Assembly (NCBI GenBank): GCA_030917555.1
Contig: JAUPUN010000004.1
Span: 1 to 37,805 of the forward strand
DNA from: Patescibacteria group bacterium
GTDB taxonomy: Bacteria; Patescibacteriota; Minisyncoccia; UBA6257
Length of the DNA: 37,805 nucleotides
Direction: 5' to 3'
Shown one piece after another: positions 1 through 9,433 of this stretch (position 1 is the first letter of the stretch; every line of letters starts with the position of its first letter). A model generated the notes under the pieces. It was not told the origin of the DNA and made no database searches. It was given only the letters and a program-made list of their open reading frames with translations. A program made the translations under genes and the position numbers.

Positions 1-63
1 ACCGCTAATTAGGGCAACTAGCAAGAAAGAAAGGAGATATTTACGAAAAAGTTTGTCTTCCAT
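1..63 (-). CDS. 5' end of a gene that runs off the left edge. Hydrophobic N-terminus MEDKLFRKYLLSFLLVALISG. Possibly phosphatidate cytidylyltransferase, given its position after uppS.
   Basis: ATG at 61-63 on the minus strand, with 21 codons open to the window edge (hand translation). uppS-cdsA adjacency is common, but too little protein is visible to confirm. Confidence 0.3.
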   Translation of the reverse strand, partial: MEDKLFRKYLLSFLLVALISG

Positions 64-87
64 ATTTTTAATATAATTATAAAAACA

Positions 88-96
88 ATTATATCA
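88..96 (-). promoter_or_regulatory. Candidate extended -10 box TGATATAAT upstream of the edge gene
   Basis: Plus strand attatatca equals minus strand TGATATAAT, 25 nt upstream of the ATG at 63. The identical 9-mer recurs at 16175-16183 and 23102-23110. Confidence 0.35.
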
Positions 97-150
97 TAAA
101 ACAAAGAACAATTAAAGATTGCCCAGCTAAAATTTGACTACACAATATTA

Positions 151-855
151 CTAACGACCAAAATTCCTTTTCCTACGTTGAAATTCTTTGAGAGCTAAAT
201 CTAATTGTTTCTCATCGAAATCAGGCCAGAGCACTTTAGAAAAATAGAGCTCTGCATAGGTAGATTGGAGAGGTAAAAAATTAGAAAGTCTCATCTCTCC
301 TGAAGTCCGAATTACAAAATCTACCTCAGGTAATCCTTTGGTATCTAAATAATTTAAAACTAGTTCTTCAGTAATTTTCTCGGCAGGTACTTGATCTTTA
401 ATGATTTTTTTAATAGCCCTCACTATTTCATCCCGCCCACCATAATTTAAAGCAATATTAAGAATCATCTTATCATTTTTTTTGGTGAGACGTTGAGCTT
501 TTAGAAGAGACTTCTGCAAATTAGAAGGCAAACGATTTAAATCACCCAAATGCCTAAATTGAATTTTCTTCTTATAAAAAAGAGGGGCATATTTTTGACT
601 AAAATCCACAAAAATTTTCATCAAATGGTTTACTTCCTGCTCTGACCTTTTCCAATTTTCAGTAGAAAATCCATAAAGAGTTAAAACTTTGATTCCTCTT
701 TTAAAAGAATGGTTAATAATCCGCACTACCATCTTAATGCCAGCTTCATGACCTGCTTCTGGAGGTAAACCTCGTTTTTTAGCCCATCTTCTGTTACCAT
801 CAATCATAATAGCCAAATGTTGAGGTAATTTTTCTGGGTTTATTTTAGTTGTCAT
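151..855 (-). CDS. uppS: Undecaprenyl (isoprenyl) diphosphate synthase
   Basis: 234 aa. Cis-prenyltransferase signature HLAIMIDGNRRWA, plus IRTSGEMRLSNFLPLQSTYAELYF near the C-terminus. Confidence 0.93.
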   Translation of the reverse strand: MTTKINPEKLPQHLAIMIDGNRRWAKKRGLPPEAGHEAGIKMVVRIINHSFKRGIKVLTLYGFSTENWKRSEQEVNHLMKIFVDFSQKYAPLFYKKKIQFRHLGDLNRLPSNLQKSLLKAQRLTKKNDKMILNIALNYGGRDEIVRAIKKIIKDQVPAEKITEELVLNYLDTKGLPEVDFVIRTSGEMRLSNFLPLQSTYAELYFSKVLWPDFDEKQLDLALKEFQRRKRNFGR

Positions 856-860
856 ATCAG

Positions 861-3800
861 CTAAGAAAGAGGATTAATTCTGGTTCTCCTAAAGCCAGTC
901 CCAGCAGGAATTAAACGACCAATAATCACGTTTTCCTTTAAACCCCTTAAATAATCTACTCTGCCCTCTAAAGCTGCTTTCACTAATACCCTGGTAGTTT
1001 CTTGAAAAGAAGCTGGTGCCAAAACACTAGAAGAAGTTAAAGCTACATTTTTAATTCCTAAGACTATTTCTTCAGCTTCAGGTGGTTTTTTCTTCTCTGC
1101 TTTTAGTTCTCGCACGGCTTGCTGATACATTTCTTTTTCAATTATTTCTCCAATAATAAAATCACTTTCGCCTGAATCAATAATTTTAACACGAGAAAAC
1201 ATCTGCCTAATAATAATTTCCAGATGTTTATCATTAATTTTTTCTCCAGCCAAATTATAAACCTTCTTAATCTCTTTTAAAATATATTTTTGGGTAGCTT
1301 CTTTACCGGCTAATTTCAAAAGTTTTTTCAGATTTAAATTACCCTCGCACAGCTGATCTCCTTTTTTAACCTGATCTCCTAATTTTACCCAGAGAGTAGT
1401 AATTTCTGGCACTGAATATTCTTTAAGATCTTCGCTCTTTTTGCGATTTCCTGATTTAGCATTATTTTCTTTACTGTTATTATCATTGCCTTTAATTCTT
1501 ACTACGATCTTTCGCCCACTCTTCTCTATCTCTATCACTTCTCCATTAATCTCACTTAAAGGAGCTTCTCCTTTAGGCGCCCTAGCCTCTACTAATTCCT
1601 CCACTCTAGGTAAACCCTGAGTAATATCTACTGCCTGAGCTACTCCACCAGTATGAAAAGTTCGCAAGGTAAGTTGAGTGCCTGGTTCTCCAATGGCTTG
1701 AGCTGCTACTACTCCTACTGCCTCACCTAAATCTATCGGCTTTAGCCAACCTAAATCCAGACCGTAACATTTTTGACATAAACCATAGGAAGTTTCGCAA
1801 GTTAAAGGCGAACGAACCATTACTTCTTGGCATTTTGTCCCTAATTCCGTAGCTAATTTTTCATCAATTAAAGTATTGGCTTTGGCAATTACCTTGCCTT
1901 TTTCATCTAAAGCATCTTGAGCTAGATAACGACCTCTAATTTTATCCTCCATCTTTTCTCCCAGTTCTTCTACTTCAGTCTTTTTTACTAGCAATCCTTG
2001 ATGAGTTCCACAATCTTCTTCTCGAATAATTAATTCCTGACTGACATCAACTAATCTTCTAGTAAGATATCCTGCAAAAGAAGTTTTTAAAGCAGTATCA
2101 GCTAATCCTTTTCTCCCGCCATGAGAAGCAGCAAAATATTCCAAAACATTAAAGCCTTCTTGGTGAGAATGAATAATAGGAAGCTCAATAATCCTACCAG
2201 CCGGATTAACTACCAAACCTTTCATACCCATAATCTGAGCAGCTACTCCCCAATCACCACCGGCACCAGAATTAAAAATAATAGAAACTGAATCAGTAGG
2301 AGTAAGCGCTTTGGGCACTAAATCAGCAACTCGAGAAATAGCGTGCCTCCATTGTTCTTCTGATAAGGACTTCTTTTCATTAGAAGTAAGTAAACCATCT
2401 TGATATTGATCAGTTATTTCATCCACTTTTTTTTGAGCTTCTTTAAGAATGTCCTGCTTTTCTTTAGGAATCTGTAGATCAGTTAACCCCCAGGTAATTC
2501 CAGAAAAAGTAGCATAAGAAAAACCTAACTCCTTAATTTGGTCCAAAATCTCAGAGCATTTATTAAAATCTTTATACAAATAAATTAAATCATGGCAAAT
2601 CTTTTTTAAATCTCTAGCTCCTAATTGTTTATTAATAAACGGAAAATCAGAAGGTAAAATATTATTAAAAATTAATCTACCAGGAGTGGTAATAATTAAA
2701 TCACCAACTTTTTCTCCGGTAGCAGCTGGTTTTTCTAATCTAATTTTAAGATACTCATGAAGACCAATTTTTCGATTATCTAAAGCGATTAAAACTTCAT
2801 TACTATTAGCAAAAATTTTAGCTAGTGCTGGGTCACGATTAGTTGGCACATCCATAGTGAGCCAATAAATGCCTAGAATCATATCCTTACGTGGCAACAT
2901 CACTGGGTCACCATCAGCTGGCTTTAATAAACCTAAGCTAGAAAGCATTCTGTTTTGAGCCTCCCTTTGAGCTTCTTCAGTAAGAGGTAAATGAACAGCC
3001 ATTTGGTCTCCATCAAAATCGGCATTAAAAGGCTGACAAACTAAAGCAGGAATTTGAATAGCCAATCCTTCAATTAATTTAGGCTGAAAAGCTTCTACGC
3101 TTAAACGGTGAAGAGTAGGTGCCCTATTTAGAAGCACATATTTTCCCTTGACCACTGTCTCCAAAATCTCCCAAACTATTTCAGGTCCTTCTTCTATTAA
3201 ACGATTAGCAGCTCGAGGATTAGTCACAATTTCTCTTTTAATAAGTTCTCCAATCACAAAAGGTTTAAAAAGCTCTAAAGCCATTTTTTTAGGCAAACCA
3301 CATTCGTGAATATGTAAATCTGGACCAATTACAATCACTGATCTTCCAGAATAATCTACTCTTTTTCCTAAAAGATTCTGACGAAAACGACCTTGTTTTC
3401 CCTGGAGGATATCTGCTAAAGAACGCAAAGGACGATGTTGAGCTGCTTGCATCGGAGCGCTTCCTGAAGATTTTCGGATAGAATTATCAATTAAAGCATC
3501 TACTGCTTCCTGAAGCATGCGCTTTTCGTTTTTAATAATAACCTCCGGAGCTTTTAGCTCTAATAATTTCTTGAGCCTGTTATTTCTATTAATTACCCGA
3601 CGATATAAATCATTTAAATCAGATGAGGCAAATCTTCCACCGTCTAATTGAACCATCGGTCTTAATTCTGGAGGCAAAACCGGCAGGACAGTTAAAAACA
3701 TCCATTCGGGGCGAACCTGAGCTTTCAACATCGACTTTACTAATTTTAAGCGAGCTAAAAGTTTTTTATCAATCTGGGATTGCTTTTTTGTTTTGGTTAT

Positions 3801-4517
3801 TTTTTCTTCTAATTCCTGCTTTAATTTTTCCAAATCAATATCCTCTAGCATTTTCTTAACTGGTTCACTGCCAGTAGCAGCACTAAAAATATGAGCGTAT
3901 TCTTTAGATAAACGCAAATAATCAATTTCAGAAAAAATCATTTTTGGTTTCAAACTTTCTAACTCAGCCTTTACTTGATGATATGATTCTTCCAATTCTT
4001 TCCTTTGGTCTTTAGACCAACTTTTTGATTTGGATAAAAATTCTTTAGTTACACTCTCTAAGGCTTTTTGTTTTGCTTCTTCATCCACTGAAGTCACTAA
4101 ATAGCTATTATAATAAATAACTTTTTCTAAAGAAGGAGCAGGAATATCCAAAATCAAACCAATTCTTGAGGGAATACTTCTTAAAAACCAAATATGAGCT
4201 ACTGGAGCTGCTAAAGCAATGTGACCCATCCTCTCCCTTCTCACTGCTGATCTAGTTACTTCTACCCCGCAACGATCACAGACTACTCCTTTGTAACGAG
4301 CGGTTTTATATTTACCGCAGGCGCATTCATAATCTTTAATAGGTCCGAAAATTTGCTCCGAGAAAAGACCTTCTTTTTCTGGCTTTTGTGTACGATAATT
4401 AATAGTTTCAGCTTTAGTTACTTCACCATAAGACCAAGACAAAATTTCTTCTGGCGAAGCTAATTTCAAGGCTAAAGCCTCAAAATCTTGAATTTTAAAA
4501 TCTTTAGTTTTCTCCAT
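861..4517 (-). CDS. rpoC: DNA-directed RNA polymerase subunit beta'
   Basis: 1218 aa. Catalytic NADFDGDQMAVH motif, N-terminal zinc-binding CACGKY...CDRCGVEV, and position directly after rpoB. Confidence 0.98.
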   Translation of the reverse strand: MEKTKDFKIQDFEALALKLASPEEILSWSYGEVTKAETINYRTQKPEKEGLFSEQIFGPIKDYECACGKYKTARYKGVVCDRCGVEVTRSAVRRERMGHIALAAPVAHIWFLRSIPSRIGLILDIPAPSLEKVIYYNSYLVTSVDEEAKQKALESVTKEFLSKSKSWSKDQRKELEESYHQVKAELESLKPKMIFSEIDYLRLSKEYAHIFSAATGSEPVKKMLEDIDLEKLKQELEEKITKTKKQSQIDKKLLARLKLVKSMLKAQVRPEWMFLTVLPVLPPELRPMVQLDGGRFASSDLNDLYRRVINRNNRLKKLLELKAPEVIIKNEKRMLQEAVDALIDNSIRKSSGSAPMQAAQHRPLRSLADILQGKQGRFRQNLLGKRVDYSGRSVIVIGPDLHIHECGLPKKMALELFKPFVIGELIKREIVTNPRAANRLIEEGPEIVWEILETVVKGKYVLLNRAPTLHRLSVEAFQPKLIEGLAIQIPALVCQPFNADFDGDQMAVHLPLTEEAQREAQNRMLSSLGLLKPADGDPVMLPRKDMILGIYWLTMDVPTNRDPALAKIFANSNEVLIALDNRKIGLHEYLKIRLEKPAATGEKVGDLIITTPGRLIFNNILPSDFPFINKQLGARDLKKICHDLIYLYKDFNKCSEILDQIKELGFSYATFSGITWGLTDLQIPKEKQDILKEAQKKVDEITDQYQDGLLTSNEKKSLSEEQWRHAISRVADLVPKALTPTDSVSIIFNSGAGGDWGVAAQIMGMKGLVVNPAGRIIELPIIHSHQEGFNVLEYFAASHGGRKGLADTALKTSFAGYLTRRLVDVSQELIIREEDCGTHQGLLVKKTEVEELGEKMEDKIRGRYLAQDALDEKGKVIAKANTLIDEKLATELGTKCQEVMVRSPLTCETSYGLCQKCYGLDLGWLKPIDLGEAVGVVAAQAIGEPGTQLTLRTFHTGGVAQAVDITQGLPRVEELVEARAPKGEAPLSEINGEVIEIEKSGRKIVVRIKGNDNNSKENNAKSGNRKKSEDLKEYSVPEITTLWVKLGDQVKKGDQLCEGNLNLKKLLKLAGKEATQKYILKEIKKVYNLAGEKINDKHLEIIIRQMFSRVKIIDSGESDFIIGEIIEKEMYQQAVRELKAEKKKPPEAEEIVLGIKNVALTSSSVLAPASFQETTRVLVKAALEGRVDYLRGLKENVIIGRLIPAGTGFRRTRINPLS

Positions 4518-4538
4518 AGAAGTTAAAAAACTAGATAA

Positions 4539-7500
4539 TTATTCTTTTTTCTCTACTTCTTTCTGTTCTTCGACACCTTCTTCGGTTTTTACTCCCAATA
4601 AATTAATGGCTAAACCTAAAGCCTGTAATTCTTTTAAAATTACATTAAAAGCTGCCGGAACATTAGGGCTTTTAATTTTTTCTCCTCTGATGATAGCTTC
4701 GTAGGTAGCAGCTCTACCAATTACATCATCTGATTTTATAGTTAACATTTCTTGCAAAGTAAAGGCAGCACCATAACCTTCCAAAGCCCAAACTTCCATC
4801 TCTCCAAATCGTTGCCCACCTAAATGAGCTCTACCACCCAAAGGCTGTTGAGTAATCAAAGAATAAGGTCCAATGGCTCTCATATGGACTTTATCTTCTA
4901 CCATATGTTCCAATTTCATTAAATACATTATTCCGATAGCTACTTTTCTTTCAAAAGGTTCTCCAGTTTTTCCATCATAGAGGGTAACTTTACCATCTTC
5001 GGGCAATCCTGCCTTTTTTAATTCATTTTTTACATCTGCTTCAGTTGCACCATCTAACGCCGGAGTAATAGCTCGATAATGTAATTTTTCGCAAGCTAAA
5101 CCTAAATGATTCTCAAACACCTGACCCAAATTCATTCTTTTTCCTACACCAAGAGGATTTAAAATAACATCGACCGGAGTACCATCTTCTAAATAAGGCA
5201 TATCTTCTTCTGGTAAAATAATGGAGATAACACCTTTATTGCCATGGCGACCAGAAAGTTTATCACCAATTCTTAATTTTCGAAGTTCAGCTATTTCTAC
5301 TGTAATTTTCTTAATAACGCCTGGATCTAATTTATCTCCGTTTTTACGACTTAAAATTTTAGTTCTAATCACGCGACCGCTGCGAGATGGCTCCAATACC
5401 AAGGAGCTATCTTTAATTTCTTTAATTTCTTCTCCAAAAATAGCCTGAAGCAACCTTTCTTCAGGAGTCAATTCTGTCTTACCTTTAGGAGAAATCTTGC
5501 CTACTAAGATATCTCCACCTTTTACTTCAGCTCCTATCCTAATAATGCCTTCTTCATCTAAATCCTTTAATTTCTCTTCAGAAACGTTAGGAATATCTCG
5601 AGTGGTCATTTCTGGACCCAATTTAGTATCTACTACATCACAACTAAATTCTTCTAAATAAACCGAAGTAAAGTTATCATTTTTTAAAACTCTTTCTGAA
5701 ATTACTACTGCGTCTTCATAATTAAAACCATAAAAAGGAAGAAAAGCTACTAGTAAATTTTGGCCTAAAGCTAAAACTCCGTGCTCAGCAGCAGAGCCAT
5801 CAGCTAAAAGATCTCCTTTTTTCACTAACTGGCCTGGGTTTACTACCGGTCTTTGATGTAAACAACTGTTTTTATTGCTTTTTTCAAAGGTGATTAAATC
5901 ATAATGTTTTTCTTGATGAGTTTTTGTCTTAATAGTAATTTGAGAACTATCAACCGAAATTACTTCCCCATCCACTTCACTAACTAGACATTGTCCAGAT
6001 TCAAGAGCAATTTTTTCTTCGAGACCAGTGGAAACAAGAGGAGCCTGAGGTTTGACACAGGGTACAGCCTGCCTTTGCATATTAGCACCCATTAAGGCTC
6101 TATTAGATTCATCATGTTCCAAAAAAGGAATTAAACCTACTGCAGCTGAAATTATTTGTTGGCAAGAAATATCCATTAGCTCTATCTCTTCTTTTCTAGC
6201 AATAGCCGGTTCGCCATTAATTCTAGCGGCTACAAACTCATCAATAATTCGTCCTTCTTCGTCTAAATCTACCCCTCCATGAGCAATTTTATACTTCAAC
6301 TCTTCAAAAGCATCTAACCAAATAATTTCCGGTGTTATTCTGCCATCTTTTACTTTAATATAAGGAGTTTCCAAAAACCCAAATTCATTCAATTGAGTAT
6401 AAAGAGCTAAAGATAAAACTAAACCGATATTTTGACCTTCTGGAGTTTGAATTGGGCATAACCGTCCATAATGACTAGGATGAACATCTCGCACATCTAA
6501 ACCAGCTCTTTCTCTCACCAGGCCACCCGGCCCCATCGGTGTAGCTTTTCTTTTATGCTCCAACTCTGACAGCATATTCATCTGTTCCATAAATTGGCAA
6601 AGCTGAGAAACGTTGAAAAACTCTTTTAAGCTAGTAACTAATTGTCTGGGATTAATCAACTGGCCAGGAGTTAAAGTAAGGGGATCTAAACTGGCCATGC
6701 GATCCTGAATAGTTCTGCGCATCCTCATGATGCCGACTCTAAAACGTTCAGTTAAAATTTCTCCTACTGCTTTAATCCGCCGATTACCTAAATGATCAAT
6801 ATCATCATCTTGAGCCTCAGGATCGGTATTTAAACGAACGAGTTCTTTAATAATGGCTACTAAATCTTCTTGAGTTAAAGTTTTTTTATCTAAAGGCACT
6901 GCTAAACCTAATCTTTGATTTAATTTATGACGACCTACTTTAGCCAAATCATAGCGGTCTTTTCTGAAAAACATATTATTAATCAAATCCCTACTATTAT
7001 CATAAGTAGCCAATTCTCCTGGCCTTAAACGTCGATAAATTTCAATATAACCCTCTTCTTCATTAGTAGAAGGATCTTTAGCTAAAGTTTTTTTAAGATA
7101 TTGGGATAAATTTTCATCCTGAAAAGAATCAAAGAAAGCTTGAATCTCTTCATTGGTTTTAAATCCAAAAACCTTTAATAAAGCTGTTACCGGTACTTTT
7201 CTTCTGCGGTCTATTTTAACCCACAAGGCACCATCACTGTCTGTTTCGAATTCTAGCCAAGAGCCATGATAAGGTATTAATTTAGCTCCAAATAGTTTTG
7301 CACCCTTAAAATTAACCGACTCAAAATAAACACCAGGAGAACGATTAATTTGAGAAATTACTACTTTTTCTACACCATTAATAATAAATGTGCCTCTTGG
7401 GGTCATCATTGGCACTTCTCCAAAATACACCTCTTGTTCTTTTTCAATGCCTAATTTTTTATTAGTTAATCTTAATTTTACCCTGAGAACAGCTTCGTAA

Positions 7501-7745
7501 TTTAATTCTTTTTCTTTTACCTGTTTTTCTGTTAATTTTGGCTCTTCAAAATAATAATCTACAAAGTCTAATTCTAGATCTTTACCAGTATAATCTTTAA
7601 TTGGCGAAATCTCTTGAAAAACTTCCTTGATTCCTTCCTTTAAGAACCAATTAAAAGAAGTCGTCTGAAACTCAGTTAAGGCAGGCGGCTTTAAAATACC
7701 CCTCTCATGGCGGGCAAAACTTTTGGTTTCTAAAAGTTGCGACAT
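4539..7745 (-). CDS. rpoB: DNA-directed RNA polymerase subunit beta
   Basis: 1068 aa. Motifs GANMQRQAVP, LSGRHGNKGVIS and EMEVWALEGYGAA. Confidence 0.98.
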   Translation of the reverse strand: MSQLLETKSFARHERGILKPPALTEFQTTSFNWFLKEGIKEVFQEISPIKDYTGKDLELDFVDYYFEEPKLTEKQVKEKELNYEAVLRVKLRLTNKKLGIEKEQEVYFGEVPMMTPRGTFIINGVEKVVISQINRSPGVYFESVNFKGAKLFGAKLIPYHGSWLEFETDSDGALWVKIDRRRKVPVTALLKVFGFKTNEEIQAFFDSFQDENLSQYLKKTLAKDPSTNEEEGYIEIYRRLRPGELATYDNSRDLINNMFFRKDRYDLAKVGRHKLNQRLGLAVPLDKKTLTQEDLVAIIKELVRLNTDPEAQDDDIDHLGNRRIKAVGEILTERFRVGIMRMRRTIQDRMASLDPLTLTPGQLINPRQLVTSLKEFFNVSQLCQFMEQMNMLSELEHKRKATPMGPGGLVRERAGLDVRDVHPSHYGRLCPIQTPEGQNIGLVLSLALYTQLNEFGFLETPYIKVKDGRITPEIIWLDAFEELKYKIAHGGVDLDEEGRIIDEFVAARINGEPAIARKEEIELMDISCQQIISAAVGLIPFLEHDESNRALMGANMQRQAVPCVKPQAPLVSTGLEEKIALESGQCLVSEVDGEVISVDSSQITIKTKTHQEKHYDLITFEKSNKNSCLHQRPVVNPGQLVKKGDLLADGSAAEHGVLALGQNLLVAFLPFYGFNYEDAVVISERVLKNDNFTSVYLEEFSCDVVDTKLGPEMTTRDIPNVSEEKLKDLDEEGIIRIGAEVKGGDILVGKISPKGKTELTPEERLLQAIFGEEIKEIKDSSLVLEPSRSGRVIRTKILSRKNGDKLDPGVIKKITVEIAELRKLRIGDKLSGRHGNKGVISIILPEEDMPYLEDGTPVDVILNPLGVGKRMNLGQVFENHLGLACEKLHYRAITPALDGATEADVKNELKKAGLPEDGKVTLYDGKTGEPFERKVAIGIMYLMKLEHMVEDKVHMRAIGPYSLITQQPLGGRAHLGGQRFGEMEVWALEGYGAAFTLQEMLTIKSDDVIGRAATYEAIIRGEKIKSPNVPAAFNVILKELQALGLAINLLGVKTEEGVEEQKEVEKKE

Positions 7746-7781
7746 TTAATATTTATTTTAAAGTTTAAAAAAGAGAAAAAC

Positions 7782-7806
7782 AAAAAAATTTCTCACTTAA
7801 TGAGAA
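7782..7806 (-). terminator. Weak intrinsic terminator candidate between the TsaB-like ORF and rpoB
   Basis: Minus strand has a 6-bp stem ttctca/tgagaa with a 5-nt loop, followed by a run of 7 T. The stem is A+T-rich and short. Confidence 0.35.
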
Positions 7807-7845
7807 TTTTAAAACACTATCAAGATAATAATTGAAACACTTTAT

Positions 7846-8064
7846 TCACTCTCGGGCTATATTTAAAGCTTTAAGAATGACTTGAGCTATTCTCAGAGAA
7901 GTAATACTTTTTTCCTGAGAAGTATCTAAAGCAAAGCGACGAATCTTCTTAAAAGATATTCTATTCTTTTTTAAAAATTTGTCAAGAGAAAACAAAAGTT
8001 CGTCCCCGCTTTCTGCAGTTACTTGGTATTTTTTATGGTTAGCCCAAAAAGAAAGTATAATCAT
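7846..8064 (-). CDS. 72-aa protein resembling only the N-terminal segment of TsaB (YeaZ)
   Basis: LLFSLDKFLKKNRISFKKIRRFALDTSQEKSITSLRIAQVILKALNIA lines up by eye with the TsaB region ...ILPMV..L......L.DI.A.A...GPGSFTGVRIG...A.GLA. There is no room for the remaining ~150 aa before rpoB. Confidence 0.5.
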   Translation of the reverse strand: MIILSFWANHKKYQVTAESGDELLFSLDKFLKKNRISFKKIRRFALDTSQEKSITSLRIAQVILKALNIARE

Positions 8065-8082
8065 ACAATTATTAATAAAAAT

Positions 8083-8124
8083 ATCTAATATCTAATTTCT
8101 AATTTCTAATATCTAATATCTAAT
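8083..8124. repeat. Six tandem heptamers: ATCTAAT x2, TTCTAAT x2, ATCTAAT x2
   Basis: Read directly: atctaat atctaat ttctaat ttctaat atctaat atctaat. This is the complement of the ATTAGAN units at 8160-8229. Confidence 0.9.
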
Positions 8125-8159
8125 CAAATCTCAATGGCTAATGACAAAATCACACAACC

Positions 8160-8229
8160 ATTAGACATTAGACATTTAGAGATTGAACATTGATTAGAAA
8201 TTAGGTTAATTAGAAATTAGGAATTAATA
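8160..8229. repeat. Degenerate heptamer array (ATTAGAC/ATTAGAA/ATTAGGA type), inverted relative to 8083-8124. Member of a dispersed repeat family.
   Basis: attagac attagac atttaga gattgaa cattgat tagaaat taggtta attagaa attagga. Shares an exact 16-mer attaggttaattagaa (8200-8215) with 12850-12865, and also shares attagacatt, catttaga and attgattagaa. Confidence 0.85.
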
Positions 8230-8254
8230 TTTATTGTGTTTCGGAGTTTGAATG

Positions 8255-8959
8255 TCAATTTTGACTTTTGAATTTTGCCTTTTGACTTATCACGTGTTTA
8301 TCTCGCCATTCTTTAATTTTTTGATGATGACCAGATAAAAGTACTTTTGGTACCCGCCAGCTAATTTTTTTCTGGCGAGGATTGGGATAAAAAATTTCTG
8401 GCCTACTATATTGAGGATATTCTAGAGTACCTTGTTCCAAAGAGAAAGACTCTTCTTTTAAAGATTTTTCTTTTATTACGCCTGGGATTAAACGAGAAAT
8501 AGCATCTATTAAAACCATAGCTGGCAATTCACCGCCTGTCAAGACGTAATCACCAATAGAAATTTCTTCATCAGCCAGATATGTTTTTATTCGTTCATCA
8601 AACCCTTCATAATGAGGACAAATTAAAATTAGTTGTTCGTAATTTTTAAGACGTACTACGTCTTTCTGAGTTAATTTTTTACCTTTGACTGAAAAAAGAA
8701 TGACTCGTCTTTTTTTCAGACATGGTTCTTTCCGCAAAAGCTCTTTTACTGCCTTAAATACCGGTTCTATTAAAAAAATCATGCCCGCTCCACCTCCATA
8801 AGGTCTACCATCCACTGTTTCATGCCGATCAGTAGTCCATTTTCTTAAATTATGAATATTAATTTTAACTAATTTTTTAGCTTGAGCTCGTTTCAAAATG
8901 GAAGTTTGAAAATAGCTTTCAAACGCTTCTGGAAAAATTGTAATAATATCAAAACGCAT
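8255..8959 (-). CDS. trmD: tRNA (guanine37-N1)-methyltransferase
   Basis: 234 aa. MRFDIITIFPE start and the SAM-binding GDYVLTGGELPAMVLIDAISRLIPGV. Stop is TGA. The last ~11 codons are encoded by a heptamer tract at 8255-8289. Confidence 0.95.
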   Translation of the reverse strand: MRFDIITIFPEAFESYFQTSILKRAQAKKLVKINIHNLRKWTTDRHETVDGRPYGGGAGMIFLIEPVFKAVKELLRKEPCLKKRRVILFSVKGKKLTQKDVVRLKNYEQLILICPHYEGFDERIKTYLADEEISIGDYVLTGGELPAMVLIDAISRLIPGVIKEKSLKEESFSLEQGTLEYPQYSRPEIFYPNPRQKKISWRVPKVLLSGHHQKIKEWRDKHVISQKAKFKSQN

Positions 8960-8962
8960 TTT

Positions 8963-9006
8963 AAAAAGAGAAAACCGCGCTTAGATAGTTTCAGTCGCGG
9001 TTTTCT
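8963..9006 (-). terminator. Hairpin plus T-run immediately upstream of the trmD start. Terminator or attenuator after the KH-protein gene.
   Basis: Perfect 11-bp stem agaaaaccgcg/cgcggttttct (8969-8979 with 8996-9006), a 16-nt loop, then cTTTTT on the minus strand. The loop is longer than in canonical terminators. Confidence 0.5.
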
Positions 9007-9034
9007 TAAATTTTACATGATTACCGATTAACTA

Positions 9035-9352
9035 CTAAAGATTCAAACCTTCGGTAATTTGGTCAGCTGCCTCATCGGCTTCTCGAGTATGGGTAGAACC
9101 AGCGGGCTCTTCAATTTTTAAATTAATTCGAGCTCGATTCTTAGCACCCACTACTCTTAAAATAGTGCGAAGAGCTTTGGCAGTTGTTCCTTGGCGGCCA
9201 ATAATTTGAGCCATATCTTGAGGGTCTACTTTTAAAGAAAGTAATACCCCCATTTCATCTACTTTTCTCTCAACTTTTACCGCCTCGGGATGATTCACAA
9301 TGCTCTTTACTATTGTTTCTAGAACTTGTTGATCTACTGGTGTTTCAGCCAT
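9035..9352 (-). CDS. khpA: KH-domain RNA-binding protein (YlqC/KhpA family) with an acidic C-terminal tail
   Basis: 105 aa. KH GXXG core IIGRQGTTAKALRTIL. Sits upstream of trmD, matching the Bacillus ylqC...trmD order. Confidence 0.8.
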   Translation of the reverse strand: MAETPVDQQVLETIVKSIVNHPEAVKVERKVDEMGVLLSLKVDPQDMAQIIGRQGTTAKALRTILRVVGAKNRARINLKIEEPAGSTHTREADEAADQITEGLNL

Positions 9353-9433
9353 ATTACTTATTTAACATTGTTAATAATTACGAGTGTAGCTATCGACCAC
9401 TTCTTAAAGCTACCAAATCTCTTATATTATACA

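Noticed and set aside
3623-3859. Short antisense ORFs inside large conserved genes. This one is in rpoC. Others are 5221-5448 and 6052-6282 in rpoB, 11379-11612 in smc, 20875-21069 in the Clp-like gene, 23735-23923 in the permease, 34470-34766, 36490-36684 and 36509-36694 in the PilB-like gene, and 12838-13044 opposite rpmF.
   Set aside because: Each is fully embedded in, or opposite to, a strongly supported conserved CDS and translates to low-complexity sequence. These are typical shadow ORFs of A+T-rich DNA.
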